Positions 24,201-37,700 are shown, counted from the first letter of the stretch. The stretch: 64,000 bases of DNA from Eledone cirrhosa (GCA_964016885.1 OZ024757.1:10044001-10108000); one strand, 5' to 3'. Notes: a model not told the origin generated them from the sequence alone. Numbers and translations are program-made.

Positions 24201-26340
24201 GTTGGAATTAAGTCAAGTTGGGGTTAAATCAAGTTGGGGTTAAGTCGAGTTGGGTTTAAGTTAAGTTGGGGTTCAGTTAAGTTGGGGCTAAGTTAAGTTG
24301 GGGTTAAGTTGGGGTTAAGTTAAGTTGGGGTTAAATCAAGTTGGGGTTAATTCAAGTTGGGGTTAAGTCAAGTTGGGGTTAAGTCAAGTTGGGATTAAGT
24401 CAAGTTGAGGTTAAGTCAAGTTGGGGTTAAGTTAAGTTGGGGTTAAGTTAAGTTGGGGTTAAGTTAAGTTGGGGTTAAGTTAAGTTGGGGTTAAGTTAAG
24501 TAGGGGTTAAGTTAAGTTGGGGTTAAGTTAAGTTGGGGTTAAGTTAAGTTGGGGATAAGTTAAGTTGGGGTTAATTTAAGTTGGGGTTAAGTTATGTTGG
24601 GGTTAAGGTAAGTTGGGGTTAAGTTAAGTTGGGGTTAAGTTAAGTTGGGGTTACGTTAAGTTGGGGTTAAGTTAAGTTGGGGTTAAGTTAAGTTGGGATT
24701 AAGTCAAGTTGGGGTTAATTCAAGTTGGGGTTAAGTCAAGTTGGGGTTAAGTCAAGTTTGGGTTAAGTTAAGTTGGGGTTAAGTTAAGTTGGGGTTAAGT
24801 TAATTTAGGGGTAATTTAAGTTGGGGTTAAGTTAAGTTGGGGTTAAGGTAAGTTGGGGTTAAGTTAAGTTGGGGTTAAGTTAAGTTGGGGGTAAGTTAAG
24901 TTAGGGGTAAGTCAAGTTGGGGTTAAATCAAGTTGTGTTTAAGTTAAGTTGGGGTTCAGTTAAGTTGGGGCTAAGTTAAGTTGGGGTTAAGTTGGGGTTA
25001 CGTTAAGTTGGGGTTAAGTTAAGTTGGGGTTAAGTTAAGTTGGGGGTAAGTTAAGTTAGGGGTAATTTAAGTTGGGGTTAAGTTAAGTTGGGGTTAAGGT
25101 AAGTTGGGGTTAAGTTAAGTTGGGGTTAAGTTAAGTTGGGGGTAAGTTAAGTTAGGGGTAAGTTAAGTTGGGGTTAAGTTAAGTTGGGGTTAAGTTAAGT
25201 TGGGGATAAGTTAAGTTGGGGTTAATTTAAGTTGGGGTTAAGTTATGTTGGGGTTAAGGTAAGTTGGGGTTAAGTTAAGTTGGGGTTAAGTTAAGTTGGG
25301 GTTACCTTAAGTTGGGGTTAAGTTAAGTTGGGGTTAAGTTAAGTTGGGATTAAGTCAAGTTGGGGTTAAGTCAAGTTGGGGTTAAGTCAAGTTGGGGTTA
25401 AGTCAAGTTTGGGTTAAGTTAAGTTGGGGTTAAGTTAAGTTGGGGTTAAATTAAGTTGGGGGTAAGTTAATTAAGTCGGGGGTAATTTAAGTTGGGGGTA
25501 AGTTAAGCTGGGGTTAAGTTAAGTTGGGGTTAAGTTAAGTTGGGGTTAAGTTAAGTAGGGGTTAAGTTAAGTTGGGGTTAAGTTGGGGTTAAGTTAAGTT
25601 GGGGTTAAGTTAATTTGGGGTTAAGTTAAGTTGGGGTTAAGTTAAGTTGGGGTTAAGTTAAGTTGGGGATAAGTTAAGTTGGGGTTAATTTAAGTTGGGG
25701 TTAAGTTATGTTGGGGTTAAGGTAAGTTGGGGTTAAGTTAAGTTGGGGTTAAGTTAAGTTGGGGTTACGTTAAGTTGGGGTTAAGTTAAGTTGGGGTTAA
25801 GTTAAGTTGGGATTAAGTCAAGTTGGGGTTAAGTCAAGTTGGGGTTAAGTCAAGTTGGGGTTAAATCAAGTTTGGGTTAAGTTAAGTTGGGGTTAAGTTA
25901 AGTTGGGGTTAAGTTAATTTAGGGGTAATTTAAGTTGGGGTTAGGTTAAGTTGGGGTTAAGGTAAGTTGGGGTTAAGTTAAGTTGGGGTTAAGTTAAGTT
26001 GGGGGTAAGTTAAGTTAGGGGTATATCAAGTTGGGGTTAAATCAAGTTGGGTTTAAGTTAAGTTGGGGTTCAGTTAAGTTGGGGCTAAGTTAAGTTGGGG
26101 TTAAGTTGGGGTTAAGTTAAGTTGGGCTTAAGTTAAGTTGGGGTTAAGGTAAGTTGGGGTTAAGTTAAGTTGGGGTTAAGTTAAGTTGGGGGTAAGTTAA
26201 GTTAGGGGTAAGTCAAGTTGGGGTTAAATCAAGTTGGGTTTAAGTTAAGTTGGGGTTCAGTTAAGTTGGGGCTAAGTTAAGTTGGGGTTAAGTTGGGGTT
26301 AAGTAAAGTTGGGGTTAAGTTAAGTTGGGGTTAAGTTAAG
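9270..26340 (+). repeat. ~8.5-kb head-to-tail tandem duplication (copy 1 ~9.27-17.83 kb; copy 2 ~17.80-26.34 kb)
   Basis: Offset 8,529 for markers 9336/17865, 10512/19041, 12249/20778, 13425/21954, 14672/23201 and 14874/23403. Offset 8,513 (one monomer less) for 15733/24246, 16791/25304 and 17791/26304. Confidence 0.9.
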
Positions 26341-29300
26341 TTGGGGGTAAGTTAAGTTAGGGGTAATTTAAGTTGGGGTTAAGTTAAGTTGGGGTTAATT
26401 TAAGTTGGGGTTAAGGTAAGTGGGGGTTAAGTTAAGTTGGGGTTAAGTTAAGTTGGGGTTAACTTAAGTTGGGTTTAAGTTAAGTTGGGATTAAATCAAG
26501 TTGGGGTTAAGTCAAGTTGGGGTTAAGTCAAGTTGGGGTTAATTCAAGTTGGGGTTAAGTCAAGTTGGGATTAAGTCAAGTTGGGGTTAAGTCAAGTTGG
26601 GGTTAAGTTAAGTTGGGGTTAAGTTAAGTTGGGGTTAAGTTAAGTTGGGTTTAAGTTAAGTTGGGGTTAAGTTAAGTAGGGGTTAAGTTAAGTTGGGGTT
26701 AAGTTGGGGTTAAGTTAAGTTGGGGTTAAGTTAAGTTGGGTTAAGTTAAGTTGGGGTTAATTAAGTTGGGGGTAAGTTAAGTTAGGGGTAAGTTAATTGG
26801 GGTTAATTTAAGTTGGGGTTAAGTTAAGTTGGGGTTAAGTTAAGTTGGGGTTAAGTTAAGTTGGGGTTAATTTAAGTTGGGGTTAAGTTAAGTTGGGGTT
26901 AAGGTAAGTTGGGGTTAAGTTAAGTTGGGGTTAAGTTAAGTTGGGGTTACGTTAAGTTGGGGTTAAGTTAAGTTGGGGTTAAGTTAAGTTGGGATTAAGT
27001 CAAGTTGGTGTTAAGTCAAGTTGGGGTTAAGTCAAGTTCGGGTTAAGTCAAGTTGGGGTTAAGTCAAGTTTGGGTTAAGTTAAGTTGGGGTTAAGTTAAG
27101 TGGGGGTTAAGTTAACTTGGGGTTAAGTTAAGTTGGGGCTAATTTAAGTTGGTGTTAATTTAAGTTGGGGTTAAGTTAAGTTGGGGTTAAGTTAAGTTGG
27201 GGTTAAATTAAGCTGGGGTTAACTTAAGTAGGGGTTAAGTTAAGTTGGGTTAAGTTGGGATTAACTTAAGTTTGGGTTAAGTTAAGTTGGGGTTAAGTTA
27301 AGTTCGGATTGAGTCAAGTGTGGGGTTAAGTCAAGTTGGGGTTAAGTCAAGTTGGGTTTAAGTTAAGTTGGGGTTAAGTTAAGTTGGGGTTAAGTTAAGT
27401 TGGTGTTAAGTTAAGTTGGGGTTAAGTTAAGTTGGGGTTAAGTTAATATGGGGTTAAGTTAAGTTGGGGTTAAGTTAAGTTGGGGTTAAGTCAAGTTGGG
27501 GTTAAGTCAAGTTGGGGTTAAGTTAAGTTGGGGTTAAGTTAAGTTGGGGTTAAGTTAAGTTGGGGGTAAGTTAATTAAGTCGGGGGTAATTTAAGTTGGG
27601 GGTAAGTTAAGCTGGGGTTAAGTTAAATTGGGGTTAAGTTAAGTTGGGGTTAAGTTAAGTAGGGGTTAAGTTAAGTTGGGGTTAAGTTGGGGTTAAGTTA
27701 AGTTGGGGTTAAGTTAATTTGGGGTTAAGTTAAGTTGGGGTTAAGTTGGGGTTAAGTTGGGGTTAAGTTAAGTTGGGGTTAAGTTAAGTTGGGGGTAAGT
27801 TAAGTTAGGGGTAATTTAAGTTGGGGTTAAGTTAAGTTGGGGTTAAGTTAAGTTGGGGTTAAGGTAAGTTGGGGTTAAGTTAAGTTGGGGTTAAGTTAAG
27901 TTGGGGTTAAGTTAAGTTGGGTTTAAGTTAAGTTGGGATTAAATCAAGTTGGGGTTAAGTCAAGTTGGGGTTAAGTCAAGTTGGGGTTAATTCAAGTTGG
28001 GGTTAAGTCAAGTTGGGATTAAGTCAAGTTGGGGTTAAGTCAAGTTGGGGTTAAGTTAAGTTGGGGTTAAGTTAAGTTGGGGTTAAGTTAAGTTGGGTTT
28101 AAGTTAAGTTGGGGTTAAGTTAAGTAGGGGTTAAGTTAAGTTGGGGTTAAGTTGGGGTTAAGTTAAGTTGGGGTTAAGTTAAGTTGGGTTAAGTTAAGTT
28201 GGGGTTAATTAAGTTGGGGGTAAGTTAAGTTAGGGGTAAGTTAAGTTGGGGTTAATTTAAGTTGGGGTTAAGTTAAGTTGGGGTTAAGTTAAGTTGGGGT
28301 TAAGTTAAGTTGGGGTTAATTTAAGTTGGGGTTAAGTTAAGTTGGGGTTAAGGTAAGTTGGGGTTAAGTTAAGTTGGGGTTAAGTTAAGTTGGGGTTACG
28401 TTAAGTTGGGGTTAAGTTAAGTTGGGGTTAAGTTAAGTTGGGATTAAGTCAAGTTGGTGTTAAGTCAAGTTGGGGTTAAGTCAAGTTGGGGTTAAGTCAA
28501 GTTGGGGTTAAGTCAAGTTTGGGTTAAGTTAAGTTGGGGTTAAGTTAAGCGGGGGTTAAATTAACTTGGGGTTAATTTAAGTTGGGGCTAATTTAAGTTG
28601 GTGTTAATTTAAGTTGGGGTTAAGTTAAGTTGGGGTTAAGTTAAGTTGGGGTTAAATTAAGCTGGGGTTAACTTAAGTAGGGGTTAAGTTAAGTTGGGTT
28701 AAGTTGGGATTAACTTAAGTTTGGGTTAAGTTAAGTTGGGGTTAAGTTAAGTTCGGATTGAGTCAAGTGTGGGGTTAAGTCAAGTTGGGGTTAATTCAAG
28801 TTGGGTTTAAGTTAAGTTGGGGTTAAGTTAAGTTGGGGTTAAGTTAAGTTGGGGTTAAGTCAAGTTGGGGTTAAGTCAAGTTGGGGTTAAGTTAAGTTGG
28901 GGTTAAGTTAAGTTGGGGTTAAGTTAAGTTGGGGGTAAGTTAATTAAGTCGGGGGTAATTTAAGTTGGGGGTAAGTTAAGCTAGGGTTAAGTTAAATTGG
29001 GGTTAAGTTAAGTTGGGGTTAAGTTAAGTAGGGGTTAAGTTAAGTTGGGGTTAAGTTGGGGTTAAGTTAAGTTGGGGTTAAGTTAATTTGGGGTTAAGTT
29101 AAGTTGGGGTTAAGTTAAGTTGGGGTTAAGTTAAGTTGGGGGTAAGTTAAGTTAGGGGTAAGTTAAGTTGGGGTTAAGTTAAGTTGGGGTTAAGTTAAGT
29201 TGGGGATAAGTTAAGTTGGGGTTAATTTAAGTTGGGGTTAAGTTAAGTTGGGGTTAAGGTAAGTTGGGGTTAAGTTAAGTTGGGGTTAAGTTAAGTTGGG

Positions 29301-32300
29301 GTTACGTTAAGTTGGGGTTAAGTTAAGTTGGGGTTAAGTTAAGTTGGGATTAAGTCAAGTTGGGGTTAAGTCAAGTTGGGGTTAAGTCAAGTTGGGGTTA
29401 AGTCAAGTTTGGGTTAAGTTAAGTTGGGGTTAAGTTAAGTTGGGGTTAAGTTAAGTTGGGGTAAGTTAAGTTGGAATTAAGTCAAGTTGGGGTTAAATCA
29501 AGTTGGGGTTAAGTCGAGTTGGGTTTAAGTTAAGTTGGGGTTCAGTTAAGTTGGGGCTAAGTTAAGTTGGGGTTAAGTTGGGGTTAAGTTAAGTTGGGGT
29601 TAAATCAAGTTGGGGTTAATTCAAGTTGGGGTTAAGTCAAGTTGGGGTTAAGTCAAGTTGGGATTAAGTCAAGTTGAGGTTAAGTCAAGTTGGGGTTAAG
29701 TTAAGTTGGGGTTAAGTTAAGTTGGGGTTAAGTTAAGTTGGGGTTAAGTTAAGTTGGGGTTAAGTTAAGTAGGGGTTAAGTTAAGTTGGGGTTAAGTTAA
29801 GTTGGGGTTAAGTTAAGTTGGGGATAAGTTAAGTTGGGGTTAATTTAAGTTGGGGTTAAGTTATGTTGGGGTTAAGGTAAGTTGGGGTTAAGTTAAGTTG
29901 GGGTTAAGTTAAGTTGGGGTTACGTTAAGTTGGGGTTAAGTTAAGTTGGGGTTAAGTTAAGTTGGGATTAAGTCAAGTTGGGGTTAATTCAAGTTGGGGT
30001 TAAGTCAAGTTGGGGTTAAGTCAAGTTTGGGTTAAGTTAAGTTGGGGTTAAGTTAAGTTGGGGTTAAGTTAATTTAGGGGTAATTTAAGTTGGGGTTAAG
30101 TTAAGTTGGGGTTAAGGTAAGTTGGGGTTAAGTTAAGTTGGGGTTAAGTTAAGTTGGGGGTAAGTTAAGTTAGGGGTAAGTCAAGTTGGGGTTAAATCAA
30201 GTTGTGTTTAAGTTAAGTTGGGGTTCAGTTAAGTTGGGGCTAAGTTAAGTTGGGGTTAAGTTGGGGTTACGTTAAGTTGGGGTTAAGTTAAGTTGGGGTT
30301 AAGTTAAGTTGGGGGTAAGTTAAGTTAGGGGTAATTTAAGTTGGGGTTAAGTTAAGTTGGGGTTAAGGTAAGTTGGGGTTAAGTTAAGTTGGGGTTAAGT
30401 TAAGTTGGGGGTAAGTTAAGTTAGGGGTAAGTTAAGTTGGGGTTAAGTTAAGTTGGGGTTAAGTTAAGTTGGGGATAAGTTAAGTTGGGGTTAATTTAAG
30501 TTGGGGTTAAGTTATGTTGGGGTTAAGGTAAGTTGGGGTTAAGTTAAGTTGGGGTTAAGTTAAGTTGGGGTTACCTTAAGTTGGGGTTAAGTTAAGTTGG
30601 GGTTAAGTTAAGTTGGGATTAAGTCAAGTTGGGGTTAAGTCAAGTTGGGGTTAAGTCAAGTTGGGGTTAAGTCAAGTTTGGGTTAAGTTAAGTTGGGGTT
30701 AAGTTAAGTTGGGGTTAAGTTAAGTTGGGATTGAGTCAAGTTGGGGTTAAGTTAAGTTGGGGTTAAGTCAAGTTGGGGTTAAATCAAGTTGGGTTTAAGT
30801 TAAGTTGGGGTTCAGTTAAGTTGGGGCTAAGTTAAGTTGGGGTTAAGTTGGGGTTAAGTTAAGTTGGGGTTAAGTTAAGTTGGGGTTAAGTTAAGTTGGG
30901 GGTAAGTTAAGTTAGGGGTAATTTAAGTTGGGGTTAAGTTAAGTTGGGGTTAAGGTAAGTTGGGGTTAAGTTAAGTTGGGGTTAAGTTAAGTTGGGGTTA
31001 AGTTAAGTTGGGTTTAAGTTAAGTTGGGATTAAGTCAAGTTGGGGTTAAGTCAAGTTGGGGTTAAGTCAAGTTGGGGTTAATTCAAGTTGGGGTTAAGTC
31101 AAGTTGGGATTAAATCAAGTTGGGGTTAAGTCAAGTTGGGGTTAAGTTAAGTTGGGGTTAAGTTAAGTTGGGGTTAAGTTAAGTTGGGTTTAAATTAAGT
31201 TGGGGTTAAGTTAAGTAGGGGTTAAGTTAAGTTGGGGTTAAGTTGGGTTTAAGTTAAGTTGGGGTTAAGTTAAGTTGGGTTAAGTTAAGTTGGGGTTAAT
31301 TAAGTTGGGGGTAAGTTAAGTTAGGGGTAAGTTAAGTTGGGGTTAATTTAAGTTGGGGTTAAGTTAAGTTGGGGATAAGTTAAGTTGGGGTTAATTTAAG
31401 TTGGGGTTAAGTTATGTTGGGGTTCAGGTAAGTTGGGGTTAAGTTAAGTTGGGGTTAAGTTAAGTTGGGGTTACGTTAAGTTGGGGTTAAGTTAAGTTGG
31501 GGTTAAGTTAAGTTGGGATTAAGTCAAGTTGGGGTTAATCAAGTTGGGGTTAAGTCAAGTTGGGGTTAAGTCAAGTTTGGGTTAAGTTAAGTTGGGGTTA
31601 AGTTAAGTTGGGGTTAAGTTAATGTAGGGGTAATTTAAGTTGGGGTTAGGTTAAGTTGGGGTTAAGGTAAGTTGGGGTTAAGTTAAGTTGGGGTTAAGTT
31701 AAGTTGGGGGTAAGTTAAGTTAGGGGTAAGTCAAGTTGGGGTTAAATCAAGTTGGGTTTAAGTTAAGTTGGGGTTCAGTTAAGTTGGGGCTAAGTTAAGT
31801 TGGGGTTAAGTTGGGGTTAAGTTAAGTTGGGGTTAAGTTAAGTTGGGGTTAAGTTAAGTTGGGATTAAGTCAAGTTGGGGTTAAGTCAAGTTGGGGTTAA
31901 GTCAAGTTGGGGTTAATTCAAGTTGGGGTTAAGTCAAGTTGGGATTAAGTCAAGTTGGGGTTAAGTCAAGTTGGGGTTAAGTTAAGTTGGGGTTAAGTTA
32001 AGTTGGGGTTAAGTTAAGTTGGGTTTAAGTTAAGTTGGGGTTAAGTTAAGTAGGGGTTAAGTTAAGTTGGGGTTAAGTTAAGTTGGGGTTAAGTTAAGTT
32101 GGGATTAAGTCAAGTTGGGGTTAAGTCAAGTTGGGGTTAAGTCAAGTTGGGGTTAAGTCAAGTTTGGGTTAAGTTAAGTTGGGGTTAAGTTAAGTTGGGG
32201 TTAAGTTAAGTTGGGGTAAGTTAAGTTGGAATTAAGTCAAGTTGGGGTTAAATCAAGTTGGGGTTAAGTCAAGTTGGGTTTAAGTTAAGTTGGGGTTCAG

Positions 32301-35300
32301 TTAAGTTGGGGCTAAGTTAAGTTGGGGTTAAGTTGGGGTTAAGTTAAGTTGGGGTTAAATCAAGTTGGGGTTAACTCAAGTTGGGGTTAAGTCAAGTTGG
32401 GGTTAAGTCAAGTTGGGATTAAGTCAAGTTGGGGTTAAGTCAAGTTGGGGTTAAGTTAAGTTGGGGTTAAGTTAAGTTGGGGTTAAGTTAAGTTGGGGTT
32501 AAATTAAGTTGGGGGTAAGTTAATTAAGTCGGGGGTAATTTAAGTTGGGGGTAAGTTAAGCTGGGGTTAAGTTAAGTTGGGGTTAAGTTAAGTTGGGGTT
32601 AAGTTAAGTAGGGGTTAAGTTAAGTTGGGGTTAAGTTGGGGTTAAGTTAAGTTGGGGTTAAGTTAATTTGGGGTTAAGTTAAGTTGGGGTTAAGTTAAGT
32701 TGGGGTTAAGTTAAGTTGGGGATAAGTTAAGTTGGGGTTAATTTAAGTTGGGGTTAAGTTATGTTGGGGTTAAGGTAAGTTGGGGTTAAGTTAAGTTGGG
32801 GTTAAGTTAAGTTGGGGTTACGTTAAGTTGGGGTTAAGTTAAGTTGGGGTTAAGTTAAGTTGGGATTAAGTCAAGTTGGGGTTAAGTCAAGTTGGGGTTA
32901 AGTCAAGTTGGGGTTAAATCAAGTTTGGGTTAAGTTAAGTTGGGGTTAAGTTAAGTTGGGGTTAAGTTAATTTAGGGGTAATTTAAGTTGGGGTTAGGTT
33001 AAGTTGGGGTTAAGGTAAGTTGGGGTTAAGTTAAGTTGGGGTTAAGTTAAGTTGGGGGTAAGTTAAGTTAGGGGTAAGTCAAGTTGGGGTTAAATCAAGT
33101 TGGGTTTAAGTTAAGTTGGGGTTCAGTTAAGTTGGGGCTAAGTTAAGTTGGGGTTAAGTTGGGGTTAAGTTAAGTTGGGCTTAAGTTAAGTTGGGGTTAA
33201 GGTAAGTTGGGGTTAAGTTAAGTTGGGGTTAAGTTAAGTTGGGGGTAAGTTAAGTTAGGGGTAAGTCAAGTTGGGGTTAAATCAAGTTGGGTTTAAGTTA
33301 AGTTGGGGTTCAGTTAAGTTGGGGCTAAGTTAAGTTGGGGTTAAGTTGGGGTTAAGTAAAGTTGGGGTTAAGTTAAGTTGGGGTTAAGTTAAGTTGGGGG
33401 TAAGTTAAGTTAGGGGTAATTTAAGTTGGGGTTAAGTTAAGTTGGGGTTAATTTAAGTTGGGGTTAAGGTAAGTGGGGGTTAAGTTAAGTTGGGGTTAAG
33501 TTAAGTTGGGGTTAACTTAAGTTGGGTTTAAGTTAAGTTGGGATTAAATCAAGTTGGGGTTAAGTCAAGTTGGGGTTAAGTCAAGTTGGGGTTAATTCAA
33601 GTTGGGGTTAAGTCAAGTTGGGATTAAGTCAAGTTGGGGTTAAGTCAAGTTGGGGTTAAGTTAAGTTGGGGTTAAGTTAAGTTGGGGTTAAGTTAAGTTG
33701 GGTTTAAGTTAAGTTGGGGTTAAGTTAAGTAGGGGTTAAGTTAAGTTGGGGTTAAGTTGGGGTTAAGTTAAGTTGGGGTTAAGTTAAGTTGGGTTAAGTT
33801 AAGTTGGGGTTAATTAAGTTGGGGGTAAGTTAAGTTAGGGGTAAGTTAATTGGGGTTAATTTAAGTTGGGGTTAAGTTAAGTTGGGGTTAAGTTAAGTTG
33901 GGGTTAAGTTAAGTTGGGGTTAATTTAAGTTGGGGTTAAGTTAAGTTGGGGTTAAGGTAAGTTGGGGTTAAGTTAAGTTGGGGTTAAGTTAAGTTGGGGT
34001 TACGTTAAGTTGGGGTTAAGTTAAGTTGGGGTTAAGTTAAGTTGGGATTAAGTCAAGTTGGTGTTAAGTCAAGTTGGGGTTAAGTCAAGTTCGGGTTAAG
34101 TCAAGTTGGGGTTAAGTCAAGTTTGGGTTAAGTTAAGTTGGGGTTAAGTTAAGTGGGGGTTAAGTTAACTTGGGGTTAAGTTAAGTTGGGGCTAATTTAA
34201 GTTGGTGTTAATTTAAGTTGGGGTTAAGTTAAGTTGGGGTTAAGTTAAGTTGGGGTTAAATTAAGCTGGGGTTAACTTAAGTAGGGGTTAAGTTAAGTTG
34301 GGTTAAGTTGGGATTAACTTAAGTTTGGGTTAAGTTAAGTTGGGGTTAAGTTAAGTTCGGATTGAGTCAAGTGTGGGGTTAAGTCAAGTTGGGGTTAAGT
34401 CAAGTTGGGTTTAAGTTAAGTTGGGGTTAAGTTAAGTTGGGGTTAAGTTAAGTTGGTGTTAAGTTAAGTTGGGGTTAAGTTAAGTTGGGGTTAAGTTAAT
34501 ATGGGGTTAAGTTAAGTTGGGGTTAAGTTAAGTTGGGGTTAAGTCAAGTTGGGGTTAAGTCAAGTTGGGGTTAAGTTAAGTTGGGGTTAAGTTAAGTTGG
34601 GGTTAAGTTAAGTTGGGGGTAAGTTAATTAAGTCGGGGGTAATTTAAGTTGGGGGTAAGTTAAGCTGGGGTTAAGTTAAATTGGGGTTAAGTTAAGTTGG
34701 GGTTAAGTTAAGTAGGGGTTAAGTTAAGTTGGGGTTAAGTTGGGGTTAAGTTAAGTTGGGGTTAAGTTAATTTGGGGTTAAGTTAAGTTGGGGTTAAGTT
34801 GGGGTTAAGTTGGGGTTAAGTTAAGTTGGGGTTAAGTTAAGTTGGGGGTAAGTTAAGTTAGGGGTAATTTAAGTTGGGGTTAAGTTAAGTTGGGGTTAAG
34901 TTAAGTTGGGGTTAAGGTAAGTTGGGGTTAAGTTAAGTTGGGGTTAAGTTAAGTTGGGGTTAAGTTAAGTTGGGTTTAAGTTAAGTTGGGATTAAATCAA
35001 GTTGGGGTTAAGTCAAGTTGGGGTTAAGTCAAGTTGGGGTTAATTCAAGTTGGGGTTAAGTCAAGTTGGGATTAAGTCAAGTTGGGGTTAAGTCAAGTTG
35101 GGGTTAAGTTAAGTTGGGGTTAAGTTAAGTTGGGGTTAAGTTAAGTTGGGTTTAAGTTAAGTTGGGGTTAAGTTAAGTAGGGGTTAAGTTAAGTTGGGGT
35201 TAAGTTGGGGTTAAGTTAAGTTGGGGTTAAGTTAAGTTGGGTTAAGTTAAGTTGGGGTTAATTAAGTTGGGGGTAAGTTAAGTTAGGGGTAAGTTAAGTT

Positions 35301-37700
35301 GGGGTTAATTTAAGTTGGGGTTAAGTTAAGTTGGGGTTAAGTTAAGTTGGGGTTAAGTTAAGTTGGGGTTAATTTAAGTTGGGGTTAAGTTAAGTTGGGG
35401 TTAAGGTAAGTTGGGGTTAAGTTAAGTTGGGGTTAAGTTAAGTTGGGGTTACGTTAAGTTGGGGTTAAGTTAAGTTGGGGTTAAGTTAAGTTGGGATTAA
35501 GTCAAGTTGGTGTTAAGTCAAGTTGGGGTTAAGTCAAGTTGGGGTTAAGTCAAGTTGGGGTTAAGTCAAGTTTGGGTTAAGTTAAGTTGGGGTTAAGTTA
35601 AGCGGGGGTTAAATTAACTTGGGGTTAATTTAAGTTGGGGCTAATTTAAGTTGGTGTTAATTTAAGTTGGGGTTAAGTTAAGTTGGGGTTAAGTTAAGTT
35701 GGGGTTAAATTAAGCTGGGGTTAACTTAAGTAGGGGTTAAGTTAAGTTGGGTTAAGTTGGGATTAACTTAAGTTTGGGTTAAGTTAAGTTGGGGTTAAGT
35801 TAAGTTCGGATTGAGTCAAGTGTGGGGTTAAGTCAAGTTGGGGTTAATTCAAGTTGGGTTTAAGTTAAGTTGGGGTTAAGTTAAGTTGGGGTTAAGTTAA
35901 GTTGGTGTTAAGTTAAGTTGGGGTTAAGTTAAGTTGGGGTTAAGTTAATATGGGGTTAAGTTAAGTTGGGGTTAAGTTAAGTTGGGGTTAAGTCAAGTTG
36001 GGGTTAAGTCAAGTTGGGGTTAAGTTAAGTTGGGGTTAAGTTAAGTTGGGGTTAAGTTAAGTTGGGGGTAAGTTAATTAAGTCGGGGGTAATTTAAGTTG
36101 GGGGTAAGTTAAGCTAGGGTTAAGTTAAATTGGGGTTAAGTTAAGTTGGGGTTAAGTTAAGTAGGGGTTAAGTTAAGTTGGGGTTAAGTTGGGGTTAAGT
36201 TAAGTTGGGGTTAAGTTAATTTGGGGTTAAGTTAAGTTGGGGTTAAGTTAAGTTGGGGTTAAGTTAAGTTGGGGGTAAGTTAAGTTAGGGGTAAGTTAAG
36301 TTGGGGTTAAGTTAAGTTGGGGTTAAGTTAAGTTGGGGATAAGTTAAGTTGGGGTTAATTTAAGTTGGGGTTAAGTTAAGTTGGGGTTAAGGTAAGTTGG
36401 GGTTAAGTTAAGTTGGGGTTAAGTTAAGTTGGGGTTACGTTAAGTTGGGGTTAAGTTAAGTTGGGGTTAAGTTAAGTTGGGATTAAGTCAAGTTGGGGTT
36501 AAGTCAAGTTGGGGTTAAGTCAAGTTGGGGTTAAGTCAAGTTTGGGTTAAGTTAAGTTGGGGTTAAGTTAAGTTGGGGTTAAGTTAAGTTGGGGTAAGTT
36601 AAGTTGGAATTAAGTCAAGTTGGGGTTAAATCAAGTTGGGGTTAAGTCGAGTTGGGTTTAAGTTAAGTTGGGGTTCAGTTAAGTTGGGGCTAAGTTAAGT
36701 TGGGGTTAAGTTGGGGTTAAGTTAAGTTGGGGTTAAATCAAGTTGGGGTTAATTCAAGTTGGGGTTAAGTCAAGTTGGGGTTAAGTCAAGTTGGGATTAA
36801 GTCAAGTTGAGGTTAAGTCAAGTTGGGGTTAAGTTAAGTTGGGGTTAAGTTAAGTTGGGGTTAAGTTAAGTTGGGGTTAAGTTAAGTTGGGGTTAAGTTA
36901 AGTAGGGGTTAAGTTAAGTTGGGGTTAAGTTAAGTTGGGGTTAAGTTAAGTTGGGGATAAGTTAAGTTGGGGTTAATTTAAGTTGGGGTTAAGTTATGTT
37001 GGGGTTAAGGTAAGTTGGGGTTAAGTTAAGTTGGGGTTAAGTTAAGTTGGGGTTACGTTAAGTTGGGGTTAAGTTAAGTTGGGGTTAAGTTAAGTTGGGA
37101 TTAAGTCAAGTTGGGGTTAATTCAAGTTGGGGTTAAGTCAAGTTGGGGTTAAGTCAAGTTTGGGTTAAGTTAAGTTGGGGTTAAGTTAAGTTGGGGTTAA
37201 GTTAATTTAGGGGTAATTTAAGTTGGGGTTAAGTTAAGTTGGGGTTAAGGTAAGTTGGGGTTAAGTTAAGTTGGGGTTAAGTTAAGTTGGGGGTAAGTTA
37301 AGTTAGGGGTAAGTCAAGTTGGGGTTAAATCAAGTTGTGTTTAAGTTAAGTTGGGGTTCAGTTAAGTTGGGGCTAAGTTAAGTTGGGGTTAAGTTGGGGT
37401 TACGTTAAGTTGGGGTTAAGTTAAGTTGGGGTTAAGTTAAGTTGGGGGTAAGTTAAGTTAGGGGTAATTTAAGTTGGGGTTAAGTTAAGTTGGGGTTAAG
37501 GTAAGTTGGGGTTAAGTTAAGTTGGGGTTAAGTTAAGTTGGGGGTAAGTTAAGTTAGGGGTAAGTTAAGTTGGGGTTAAGTTAAGTTGGGGTTAAGTTAA
37601 GTTGGGGATAAGTTAAGTTGGGGTTAATTTAAGTTGGGGTTAAGTTATGTTGGGGTTAAGGTAAGTTGGGGTTAAGTTAAGTTGGGGTTAAGTTAAGTTG
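11570..37700 (+). repeat. ~5.35-kb higher-order repeat unit, four near-complete copies (~11.57-16.93, ~20.10-25.45, ~25.45-30.72, ~32.50-37.70 kb) plus partial copies
   Basis: The same ordered rare variants recur: GGGCTT (C at 12249, 17614, 20778, 26127, 33180), AAGCGGGGG (14672, 23201, 28550, 35603) and GTCGAG (15733, 24246, 29515, 36648). Adjacent copies 2 and 3 are offset by 5,349. The GGGCTT-to-GTCGAG distance is 3,468 in both copy 2 and copy 4. Confidence 0.88.
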
